Source: a virus
Lineage: Duplodnaviria; Caudoviricetes
Length of the DNA stretch: 58,918 nt
Direction: 5' to 3' (one strand)
IMG/VR virus record: IMGVR_UViG_3300030450_002092
Location: 1 to 58,918 of that record
Shown: positions 49,204 through 57,037 of the stretch, piece by piece
How the letters are laid out: the number at the start of each line of letters is the position of its first letter
Position numbering within the stretch: position 1 is the first letter of the stretch
Position numbers and translations under genes: made by a program
Notes under the pieces: generated by a model
What the model saw: only the letters and a program-made list of their open reading frames with translations
Databases searched by the model: none
What the model was told of the DNA's origin: nothing

Positions 49204-49590
49204 ATGACATACAATAAAAAAGAATTTTTAGAAATGTTAGCGGACTTAAGTTTGACCGAACAAGAGCTATCAGACATAGCCAAGAGTGGAGAAGTAGTTA
49301 AGTTTAAAACCTTAACAGTAAAGAGAAAAAAATCTAAAATACACGGCTACGGAATGTTTGCTCAAGTTGATTTGGAGAAAGGGGACATTATAGGATTAGC
49401 CTCCGTCAATGCAATACATAAAACTTATTTAGGTAGATATACCAATCACTCACATAGTCCTAACATTGATTTTTTATATTTACAGAATTATGATTTAATA
49501 GGCGTGGCCAAGCAACCTATTAATAAAGGAGAAGAATTGTTAGTAGATTATAGAAATCATATTTTAACTCCACAATTTTATAAAATATAA
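49204..49590 (+). CDS. SET-domain protein-lysine methyltransferase
   Basis: 'KSKIHGYGMFA..DLEKGDIIG','GRYTNHSHSPN','AKQPINKGEELLVDY'. Confidence 0.85.
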   Translation: MTYNKKEFLEMLADLSLTEQELSDIAKSGEVVKFKTLTVKRKKSKIHGYGMFAQVDLEKGDIIGLASVNAIHKTYLGRYTNHSHSPNIDFLYLQNYDLIGVAKQPINKGEELLVDYRNHILTPQFYKI

Positions 49591-49595
49591 GTTTG

Positions 49596-49603
49596 TATAT
49601 TTG
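49596..49603 (+). promoter_or_regulatory. Bacteroidota-type -7 element (TATATTTG) before groEL
   Basis: Intergenic, 23 bp before the ATG. Confidence 0.55.
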
Positions 49604-49626
49604 CTTTAAATTTAATTCAATTTACT

Positions 49627-51258
49627 ATGAACCCACAAGCAGGAGGCTACACGCCCAAAGACCTGAGATTTGGAGAGTCAGGCAGAACATCACTAATTAA
49701 CGGAATCACTCAAATAGCTAATGCAGTTAAATCTACATTAGGCCCAAGAGGACATACAGTATTAATTGAGTCACCCAATGTTTCAAAAGGAATGACTGTA
49801 ACCAAAGATGGAGTTACTGTTGCACGAGCAGTAAACTTATTACACCCCGTAGAAAATTTAGCAGTAACCATGATGAAGCAAGCGGCAAACAATACAGCCA
49901 CCTCAGCTGGGGATGGGACTACCACGGCAATCGTGTTAACCGAAGCGTTAGTTAAAGCGGGAAATGAATTAATTAAAGATTCACATAATCGAACTGAAAT
50001 ACTCCGAGCATTAAATAATGAGTTAGACAATATAGTGTCTGAGTTAAAAAAGAATTCTAAACCTATAACCAAACAACGATTAAAAGACGTAGCAGTTATT
50101 TCCGCTAATGGAGACAAAGAGATTGGTTCTATTATTTCAAACACATACAATGAGGTAGGTAAAAACGGAATCGTAACGGTTGAACGTTCCCAGACTAGCG
50201 ATACGTACAATGAGGTAACTACAGGAATTAAAATAGAGAAGGGAATGAACTCTCCTTTATTTATTAATGACCAAAAGAAAGATGAGTGTATACTTGAGGA
50301 TGTACATATATTAGTATGTGACAACACGGTGGAGAACATACTAAACATAGAGAATATTTTAAAACCTATAATTCAACAAAACAAAAGATTATTATTAATC
50401 TGCCCTGTAAGCGAAAATGTATTAAATACTTTAGCAGCTAATGTGATTAAGAAAAAACTAAATGTGTGTCAAATCTCTCCACCACAGTTTGGATATAAAC
50501 AAAGAGAGCTTATGCAAGACATTGCTGTTTCAGTTAATGCTACATATTTTTCTGAAAAGACTGGTGATGATTTAAGCCTTATAACTTTTAATGACTTAGG
50601 TCATGCTTCTAAGGTGATAGTTGGAAGCGACTCTACAGTCATTATTAAAGACCCTGAAGTTACTGATGCTGTAGTAGAGGAAAGAGTAAAACAACTGTGG
50701 GACAGTCATAAGTTAGCGACAAAAAAAGCAGATAAAGATTTTATCTTGTCTCGAATAGCATCTTTAACTGGGGGCATCGGTGTAATACACGTAGGAGGTC
50801 AAACAGATTTAGAACAAAAAGAATTATATGATAGAGTAGATGATGCAGTATGTGCGGTTCGCTCTGCATTAACAGAAGGTATATTACCAGGCGGAGGAAC
50901 AGTATTATATAATATAGCAAAGATGTATGCTAATAAATCTAATGACCTTGACCAAAAAAATATTTCTAAAAAAATTGCTTACGCAATTTTAGGGGACGCT
51001 TTGAAAGCACCCCTGGAACAGATACTAGATAATGCTGGGTTAAAAGCCGAAGAAATATATGAAGGACTGTTAGACCCTAGGCACGGGTATGATGTTAAGA
51101 ACGAAAGGTATGGGGATTTATTAGAGCTTGGAGTTATAGACCCTCTTAAGGTTACTAAACATGCAATTAAAAATGCTGTATCAGTAGCCAACACAATTTT
51201 AAGTACTAATGCTATAATAACAATGGCAAGAACATATGAAGCAAATGCAACCACTTAA
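49627..51258 (+). CDS. groEL: phage-encoded chaperonin GroEL
   Basis: 'VKSTLGPRG','VTKDGVTVA','AGDGTTTA','EGILPGGG','GVIDPLKV'. Confidence 0.95.
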   Translation: MNPQAGGYTPKDLRFGESGRTSLINGITQIANAVKSTLGPRGHTVLIESPNVSKGMTVTKDGVTVARAVNLLHPVENLAVTMMKQAANNTATSAGDGTTTAIVLTEALVKAGNELIKDSHNRTEILRALNNELDNIVSELKKNSKPITKQRLKDVAVISANGDKEIGSIISNTYNEVGKNGIVTVERSQTSDTYNEVTTGIKIEKGMNSPLFINDQKKDECILEDVHILVCDNTVENILNIENILKPIIQQNKRLLLICPVSENVLNTLAANVIKKKLNVCQISPPQFGYKQRELMQDIAVSVNATYFSEKTGDDLSLITFNDLGHASKVIVGSDSTVIIKDPEVTDAVVEERVKQLWDSHKLATKKADKDFILSRIASLTGGIGVIHVGGQTDLEQKELYDRVDDAVCAVRSALTEGILPGGGTVLYNIAKMYANKSNDLDQKNISKKIAYAILGDALKAPLEQILDNAGLKAEEIYEGLLDPRHGYDVKNERYGDLLELGVIDPLKVTKHAIKNAVSVANTILSTNAIITMARTYEANATT

Positions 51259-51502
51259 TAAATATATTGCAGTAGATATAATAGATGAAGAGATAACTAC
51301 TGACTCAGGATTATTATTATCAGATAAAGACAAGGACTCACTTAGATACCGTAAAGCCAAAGTAATAAAACCTGGCACAGATGTTCCTACATTAAAAAGC
51401 GGAGATATAATATACTATGATAGTAGAAGCGGATATACAATGTTAATTGATAACAAACCTTGTACTATTATTTCTGAGAGAGACGTTGTTGTTGTCGTAT
51501 AA
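51236..51502 (+). CDS. groES: co-chaperonin GroES
   Basis: 'QPLNKYIAV...TDSGLLL...LKSGDIIYY...IISERDVVVV'; overlaps the end of groEL. Confidence 0.85.
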   Translation: MKQMQPLNKYIAVDIIDEEITTDSGLLLSDKDKDSLRYRKAKVIKPGTDVPTLKSGDIIYYDSRSGYTMLIDNKPCTIISERDVVVVV

Positions 51503-51899
51503 ACTTATTCATTTCTATAATAAAATTTCTATAGACCTTATCGCTATACGAAACTTTTCTTAAAAATATAGGATTATCTTTAGACGTAGGTATTTCTTCA
51601 CCGTTTAATTTTTTATATATCCCATTGATTACTCGCTTGGCTTTATATGATAATTGATATAGGGCTTTTTGCTTACCAGAACGTTTACGAAAAACTTCTA
51701 TCCACTTGTCCCTCAGCAACTTATCAAATCTATTAACGTTCCAGCTTAACAGTTCGTCAAACTCCCCAAACTTATCTTTACTAAAGTAATCTTCGGAATA
51801 TAAAAAAAGCAACATATCCAACTCACCCGTGGTTAAACCATACTTTGCTTTTATCCAATAACGTACAACCCTCCAGTATTTTAAATAATTAAATTGCAT
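51468..51899 (-). CDS. winged-helix (MarR-like) DNA-binding protein, putative
   Basis: 'YGLTTGELDMLLFL...FDKLLRDKWIEV..KRSG..ALYQLSYKAK'; lone - strand gene in a + block. Confidence 0.55.
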   Translation of the reverse strand: MQFNYLKYWRVVRYWIKAKYGLTTGELDMLLFLYSEDYFSKDKFGEFDELLSWNVNRFDKLLRDKWIEVFRKRSGKQKALYQLSYKAKRVINGIYKKLNGEEIPTSKDNPIFLRKVSYSDKVYRNFIIEMNKFIRQQQRLSQK

Positions 51900-51912
51900 T
51901 TTATTAAATTTG

Positions 51913-51920
51913 TATCTTTG
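51913..51920 (+). promoter_or_regulatory. Bacteroidota-type -7 element (TATCTTTG)
   Basis: 16 bp before ATG 51937; another copy at 52290-52297 before ATG 52320. Confidence 0.6.
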
Positions 51921-51936
51921 TAAAAATAAGTAAATT

Positions 51937-52113
51937 ATGCCAGACGAAAAAGATTATAATTATTTAGAGGAGTGGAAAGCTAATGCTAAAAAAAATAAAA
52001 AGAAAACTACTAAGATGAAAAAAAGAAAAAAAATCTTAGGATTAGCAAACTTGAATACTTTTGCATCTACTTACAAACCTAAATACATAAATAAGGAAAA
52101 TGCCAACAGTTAA
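51937..52113 (+). CDS. small Lys-rich protein (58 aa), not in ORF track
   Basis: MPDEKDYNYLEEWKANAKKNKKK...; follows a promoter element. Confidence 0.55.
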   Translation: MPDEKDYNYLEEWKANAKKNKKKTTKMKKRKKILGLANLNTFASTYKPKYINKENANS

Positions 52114-52255
52114 TTACAGTTGTCCTGATACAGGTAAACCAATGAAAAAAGTATTTCCATATACAGCCGTGGGTAAAGCACAAGCTGATACATTTGCTAA
52201 ACTTACAGGTGGGAAGAAAAAAAATAATCCGAATAGATATATGAAAGGATACTAA
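52100..52255 (+). CDS. small basic protein (51 aa), not in ORF track
   Basis: MPTVNYSCPDTGKPMKKVFPYTAVGKAQA... Confidence 0.6.
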   Translation: MPTVNYSCPDTGKPMKKVFPYTAVGKAQADTFAKLTGGKKKNNPNRYMKGY

Positions 52256-52319
52256 TGAAAGTGCTAAAACTACACAAGGAAAATATTAGTATCTTTGTCA
52301 AATAAATAATTCATAGACA

Positions 52320-52487
52320 ATGGCGAAAGACAGAAATTTTATACAAAAAGTTTTTTCTAATGCAAAACGCAAAGGAACGCTAGGCGATTGCACAGGTAAA
52401 AAGTTTGGAAGTAAATCGTGCCCAAAAGGGTCAAAGAAATATAATTTCGCTAAAACGATGAGAAAAATTAATAAAAAAAAGAAATAG
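52320..52487 (+). CDS. small basic protein (55 aa), not in ORF track
   Basis: MAKDRNFIQK...CTGKKFGSKSCPKGSKKYNFAKTMRK. Confidence 0.6.
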   Translation: MAKDRNFIQKVFSNAKRKGTLGDCTGKKFGSKSCPKGSKKYNFAKTMRKINKKKK

Positions 52488-52489
52488 TT

Positions 52490-52693
52490 ATGGCAAAAAA
52501 GCAAGGATATAACGCAAGACTCGATGAGTCATTAGGCGCTAAACACGGAAAGAAAAGTCAATCACTAAAGTCACGTAGAGACGAAAGTAAAGGAATGGCA
52601 AAGAAAATGACTGGACACGCATATAGTGGTGACCATGGCATGGAGTATCACAAAAATCTTCATGAGCATTTAGGAAAAATGATTAGAAAATAG
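52490..52693 (+). CDS. small basic protein
   Basis: 67 aa, K/R/H-rich. Confidence 0.6.
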   Translation: MAKKQGYNARLDESLGAKHGKKSQSLKSRRDESKGMAKKMTGHAYSGDHGMEYHKNLHEHLGKMIRK

Positions 52694-52694
52694 T

Positions 52695-52826
52695 ATGCGA
52701 AAGCTTTGGTGTAAGTTTCAATGTAGCTGGAATTGGGTATTTTCAAAATTAATGTTTGAAATTTCTCAATGCCCTTATAAACTATGTGAATGTAATAACA
52801 AAAGTTGTGAGGAGAAATCTGAGTAG
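52695..52826 (+). CDS. small Cys-rich protein (43 aa), not in ORF track
   Basis: MRKLWCKFQCSWNW...CPYKLCECNNKSCEEKSE; ATG 1 bp after the previous stop. Confidence 0.45.
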   Translation: MRKLWCKFQCSWNWVFSKLMFEISQCPYKLCECNNKSCEEKSE

Positions 52827-52986
52827 AAAAATTCCGAGCAGAGGCCTGGGTGATTCTATAGAAAAAATAACTAAGGCTACTGGAATTAAAGCAGTAGTTG
52901 ATAAAGTAAGTAAAGTAACGGAAACGCCTTGTGGGTGTAAGGAGAGAAGAGATACACTTAACCGATTGTTTCCATATAAAAAATAA
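52807..52986 (+). CDS. small phage protein with GLGD...CGC..R...LN..FPY motif (start uncertain, GTG 52807)
   Basis: Motif recalled from other phage small proteins. Confidence 0.55.
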   Translation: MRRNLSRKIPSRGLGDSIEKITKATGIKAVVDKVSKVTETPCGCKERRDTLNRLFPYKK

Positions 52987-52992
52987 AAAAAT

Positions 52993-53535
52993 ATGTATTC
53001 AAAAATTCAAGTAAATACAGCTAATGCCCTTGTTGTTCTAGCAAGTGACACAGTACCTATTCCAGACCCAAACTCATTAACAGTTTCTAGTGCTGCGGGT
53101 GATGCATCTACGACAGATAAGTTTTCAGATGCTTCCCAAACATTTTTAACCTCAGTTGTTGTGGGTGCAATTATATACGACACTACAGATGTAAGAGCAT
53201 ATCGTGTAACTGCTGTAGACAGCGATACAGTATTATCTGTCACTCCAAGTATTGTTGGAGCTTCAGGGACGGTTACTTATAAAATATACAACAAGCCATC
53301 TGAAGGCTGTGTTTTATGGGTAGGTTCAGATGTAGATGTAAAACAAGATATATCGGGAGCAGCAGCTGGAGTAACTGACCCTCGTTATGTAGATATAGAT
53401 GTAGTAACTGTAGGTAATAACACAGTAAAATTTGAAAACGCAAAACTAGGTGAGTATTTACCAGCACAAGTATTACAATTAAAAGAATCAAACACTACCG
53501 CAGAGTGTAGAGATAAATGCATAGCACTTTCGTAA
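52993..53535 (+). CDS. putative virion protein with a beta-rich domain shared with 9965..10579
   Basis: 'KFSDASQTF..SVVVG...YRVTAVDSDTVLSVTP' vs 'KLNDSGQNF..TVAVG...YQVATVDSNTELTLTP'. Confidence 0.55.
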   Translation: MYSKIQVNTANALVVLASDTVPIPDPNSLTVSSAAGDASTTDKFSDASQTFLTSVVVGAIIYDTTDVRAYRVTAVDSDTVLSVTPSIVGASGTVTYKIYNKPSEGCVLWVGSDVDVKQDISGAAAGVTDPRYVDIDVVTVGNNTVKFENAKLGEYLPAQVLQLKESNTTAECRDKCIALS

Positions 53536-53538
53536 ACA

Positions 53539-53823
53539 ATGGCACAACAAATAGGAGAAGATACTAAAGTTACATTAGACCTAAAAACTATAAGTATGAT
53601 TATTGGGTTTACTGTTTCGTTGTGTAGTATGTACTTTGTTTTACAAGCAGACATAGCTAAAGCTATGGAGTTACCCGTCCCAGAAGTAACTAAAACAGAA
53701 TTTACATACAAAGACCAAATAATTCGTGATGCTATTATGACGACTCAAGAAGATGTAAAAGAAATGAAAGCTACACTTGAAAAACTTGATGAACGTATTT
53801 TTGAATTAACCAATGAAAGATGA
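53539..53823 (+). CDS. single-TM plus coiled-coil membrane protein
   Basis: 'ISMIIGFTVSLCSMYFVL' followed by heptad repeats. Confidence 0.6.
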   Translation: MAQQIGEDTKVTLDLKTISMIIGFTVSLCSMYFVLQADIAKAMELPVPEVTKTEFTYKDQIIRDAIMTTQEDVKEMKATLEKLDERIFELTNER

Positions 53824-54158
53824 AACTGTGGATAGCTATATTATTGTTACTACCCACTCTTGCGTTTTCTCAATCTTATAAAGATGGCATAGTAGTCATT
53901 CAATTTTCGGCTGACTTTGTTCAAGCCAACGAAATAGATATAAGTAAGTTAGAAGGAGCAGACATGCTTCGCTTATATTTAACTGAACATCCAAAAATTT
54001 TTAAAAAAGAAAATATAAAATATTTACCTACGGTGATTTTATTTCACAATGGTAATACTGTATTAAGAGTTGAAAGTGATATCTCTCTTAAGCTTCCTGA
54101 TAATACATTAGAGAATATGCAGTTGCATATAAACAAGATTATTAAACGTAAATTTTAA
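53820..54158 (+). CDS. secreted thioredoxin-fold protein lacking CxxC
   Basis: Signal peptide; 'VVIQFSADF' and 'IKYLPTVILFHNG'; no Cys. Confidence 0.6.
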   Translation: MKLWIAILLLLPTLAFSQSYKDGIVVIQFSADFVQANEIDISKLEGADMLRLYLTEHPKIFKKENIKYLPTVILFHNGNTVLRVESDISLKLPDNTLENMQLHINKIIKRKF

Positions 54159-54160
54159 CT

Positions 54161-55441
54161 ATGGACAGAAAAAAGAAGACTGAAAAGTTTGCTTTACACA
54201 GCATACTTTATATCGTAATAATTTACTTATTAGCTGCTCTTACTTTTAATGCGCAAGCACAAGTAATTGTAGAACCATCCAATAAAGAAGTAAATAAATT
54301 AAAAAGAGGTTTTAAAAAACAAAATATGTTTTCAAAAGTATATGAAGATTTTTTAAAATACGGAACCCTTTATATGGCGGGTGATGTAAGCAACCCATAT
54401 CAAAAACAATCTATTGACTATATTGTTAGAACTAATCCGAGTGGTAGTTTGTATGATGTACCCGTAGTGCAAGATGCTACTGAGTATCACGAATTTGATT
54501 ATCGTTATGGAATAGGAATAAGAAGAATAGCTAGGTTTGATTATGAAAATAAAGAAAAAGCTTACTATGATGGAACTGAAAAAAATGTAGCATTATCTTC
54601 TCCAACAGCTGCATTTGATGGGTGGGAATATTTATTTCACTGGGAGAAAGAAAGGGAAAGAGGTGAGGTGTTTACTAATCACCGTTACTTTCTTAGGCAT
54701 ACTGGTAAAAATCACATTGTTAAACTCGAATCTAGAGAAGAAGGCAATGTAGGGTTTAAATATAATTCAGCTGAAGTAAGGGCTAGATTACCTATAGGTA
54801 AAAAGTTTAGTATAAGCGCTGGTGTAATAGCTAGAACTCATGACCAAGCTTTTGGATATAATCCTGTGGAAATATGGTTAAATGAAACAGATGAAGACGG
54901 TTACGCATTAAATCCTTGGTACACTTTAGGGTTTGAATATGGTTATGATGATATATATTATAATCAAACAGACCAATTAGGTAATGAAATTTCAGATTGG
55001 TATTGGATAGACGAAGATGGAACAATAGTGGCTCATACGGATTTAGAATTTCGGGAGACAGTTTTTGCTGACTTAATGAATAGATATAACAGAGAGCAAT
55101 GGGATTTACTTGATGCCTTTGCCGAAGTAGCACCGATTGTGGGTGCAGATTATTATTTGTATCGTGAGAAATTTTGGCTACATAGTTATGCAAATTATAT
55201 ATTACCATATCATAAATACTTTAAAGGCGATGAAGCTTTTAGTTATTTAAACAGAAATAACTGGGGGCTGGGAGGATTGAGAGAAGATTCTGAGTTAGAA
55301 CAATGGGACGATTATCAGTTTGGACTAATACTGGGATGGAACCTCACAAATAAATTAGGTATTTTTGTAGAAGGTGAGTATACTAAATTTTGGGATACTG
55401 AAATTTTTAAATCAACAATAGGATTAAATATTGAATTATGA
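54161..55441 (+). CDS. secreted protein, putative outer-membrane beta-barrel
   Basis: Signal peptide ending AQA-Q; aromatic alternating beta-strands; C-terminus 'LGIFVEGEY...STIGLNIEL'. Confidence 0.5.
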   Translation: MDRKKKTEKFALHSILYIVIIYLLAALTFNAQAQVIVEPSNKEVNKLKRGFKKQNMFSKVYEDFLKYGTLYMAGDVSNPYQKQSIDYIVRTNPSGSLYDVPVVQDATEYHEFDYRYGIGIRRIARFDYENKEKAYYDGTEKNVALSSPTAAFDGWEYLFHWEKERERGEVFTNHRYFLRHTGKNHIVKLESREEGNVGFKYNSAEVRARLPIGKKFSISAGVIARTHDQAFGYNPVEIWLNETDEDGYALNPWYTLGFEYGYDDIYYNQTDQLGNEISDWYWIDEDGTIVAHTDLEFRETVFADLMNRYNREQWDLLDAFAEVAPIVGADYYLYREKFWLHSYANYILPYHKYFKGDEAFSYLNRNNWGLGGLREDSELEQWDDYQFGLILGWNLTNKLGIFVEGEYTKFWDTEIFKSTIGLNIEL

Positions 55442-55896
55442 GAATAAGCAAGCATATTGCGTATGCAGAAGCTATACATTCTAACACTGCAAAGCGTAAA
55501 AGAATAGACAACACTCCTAATCCCACGCAAGTAGAAGCGATGAAGCTTACTGCTGAAGAAGTGTTTGAGCCATTGCGTGAATGGGTCGGAGGCCCAATAA
55601 AAGTAAATTCTTTTTTTAGGTCACCCGAACTAAATGAAAAAATCGGAGGTGTAGCTTCCAGCCAGCATTGTAAAGGACAAGCGATTGACCTGGATGATGT
55701 TTATGGGCACAAAAGCAATGCTGAAATGTTTCATTGGATTAAAGAAAATCTTTGTTTCGACCAACTCATCTGGGAATTCGGAACTGACATGAACCCTAAT
55801 TGGATTCATGTTTCTTTTGTTTCAAAAGAAGATAATAGAAATAGATGTTTAAAAGCATATAAAGAAGATTACAAAACTAAATATAAAACGATATGA
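55438..55896 (+). CDS. endolysin, peptidase M15A family
   Basis: 'VNSFFRSPELN..IGG...SQHCKGQAID...WIHVS' Zn-peptidase motifs. Confidence 0.85.
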   Translation: MRISKHIAYAEAIHSNTAKRKRIDNTPNPTQVEAMKLTAEEVFEPLREWVGGPIKVNSFFRSPELNEKIGGVASSQHCKGQAIDLDDVYGHKSNAEMFHWIKENLCFDQLIWEFGTDMNPNWIHVSFVSKEDNRNRCLKAYKEDYKTKYKTI

Positions 55897-56297
55897 AAGA
55901 AATATTAGGAAAAATATTTGGAAGTGCAGCTCTTGAAGTAGGTGACAAGCTTACTGGTATGATTGATAAGTTTGTGCACACAAAAGATGAAAAAGCTGCA
56001 TTTGAAAAAGAAATGACTACTATGTTTATTAATGCAGAAGCTGAAATAGAAAAAAATATTTCTGAAAGATGGAAGGCAGATATGGCATCCGATAATAAAC
56101 TTTCAAAGTCAGTGAGACCCCTGACACTAATATTTCTTTTTGTATCTACTGTTTTGCTTATTTTTGTTGACTCAGGATTTATTAACTTTGCAGTTGATGA
56201 TGAGTGGAAAGAATTACTTAAAATGCTGCTAATAACAATTACCGCAGCATACTTCGGTGGACGTAGTTACGAAAAAGGAAAAAGATTAAAAAAATAA
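55893..56297 (+). CDS. holin (GTA 3TM holin-like)
   Basis: 'RWKADMASDN.LSKSVRPL', TM helices and 'AYFGGRSYEK'. Confidence 0.8.
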   Translation: MKEILGKIFGSAALEVGDKLTGMIDKFVHTKDEKAAFEKEMTTMFINAEAEIEKNISERWKADMASDNKLSKSVRPLTLIFLFVSTVLLIFVDSGFINFAVDDEWKELLKMLLITITAAYFGGRSYEKGKRLKK

Positions 56298-56300
56298 TAA

Positions 56301-57023
56301 ATGGCAAAAATCAGTACATATGCAATTTCTACCCCTGTTGTTGATAATGACAAATGGATTGGAACAGATGCAACTGCATTAAAAGAAACTAAAAATTTTA
56401 CTGCAAAAGATGTAGCTATTTATTTAAATAATTTTAATAAAGTTGAATCGGATTCTTTAAGATATAAGTATCAAAATTGGATATCAACAGATATAAGAGA
56501 AGCGGGAACAATTTCTTTTTCTACATCAGGAGAAGGGGATGTTTTGTTCAGTACTGTAACGGGGTTTATGCTAAGCAAGTATACAAAAAGTTTAGTGGAT
56601 GTAAAATCTTTTTACACTAATCCTCTTGTTGGTTCTCAAGTGCTTATTTCACAATGTAAGAACACTTCGGTGTTTGGAATATTTACATGGAACACCGCAG
56701 TTCAAGATGGAGCTGAACTAAATTTTTGGGACATTGGCTTGACTCACGTAGCAAGCAATGGAAGCTTAGAAAGCAATGAGGATTATTTTATATCTTTGTT
56801 GCAGTATAATGTGTCTGCGTCAGGCGGAGATAAAAATTACACAGAAGTGTTTGGTGCACCGCTTACAACTTGGACGGTGAATCATAATTTAAACAAAAAA
56901 CCTGCTGTTAGCTGTATTGATACTTCAGGAAATGAAGTTTATGGTTTGGTAGATTATATAAATGATAATAAAGTAACAATTACCTTTAGCGCAGCGACAG
57001 GAGGAACAGTTACTTGTAATTAA
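56301..57023 (+). CDS. tail-associated structural protein
   Basis: 'MAKISTY..DKWIGTD' N-terminus; C-terminal 'WTVNHNLNKKPAVS' fibre-type domain. Confidence 0.6.
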   Translation: MAKISTYAISTPVVDNDKWIGTDATALKETKNFTAKDVAIYLNNFNKVESDSLRYKYQNWISTDIREAGTISFSTSGEGDVLFSTVTGFMLSKYTKSLVDVKSFYTNPLVGSQVLISQCKNTSVFGIFTWNTAVQDGAELNFWDIGLTHVASNGSLESNEDYFISLLQYNVSASGGDKNYTEVFGAPLTTWTVNHNLNKKPAVSCIDTSGNEVYGLVDYINDNKVTITFSAATGGTVTCN

Positions 57024-57037
57024 AAAAAGAAGAAAAA

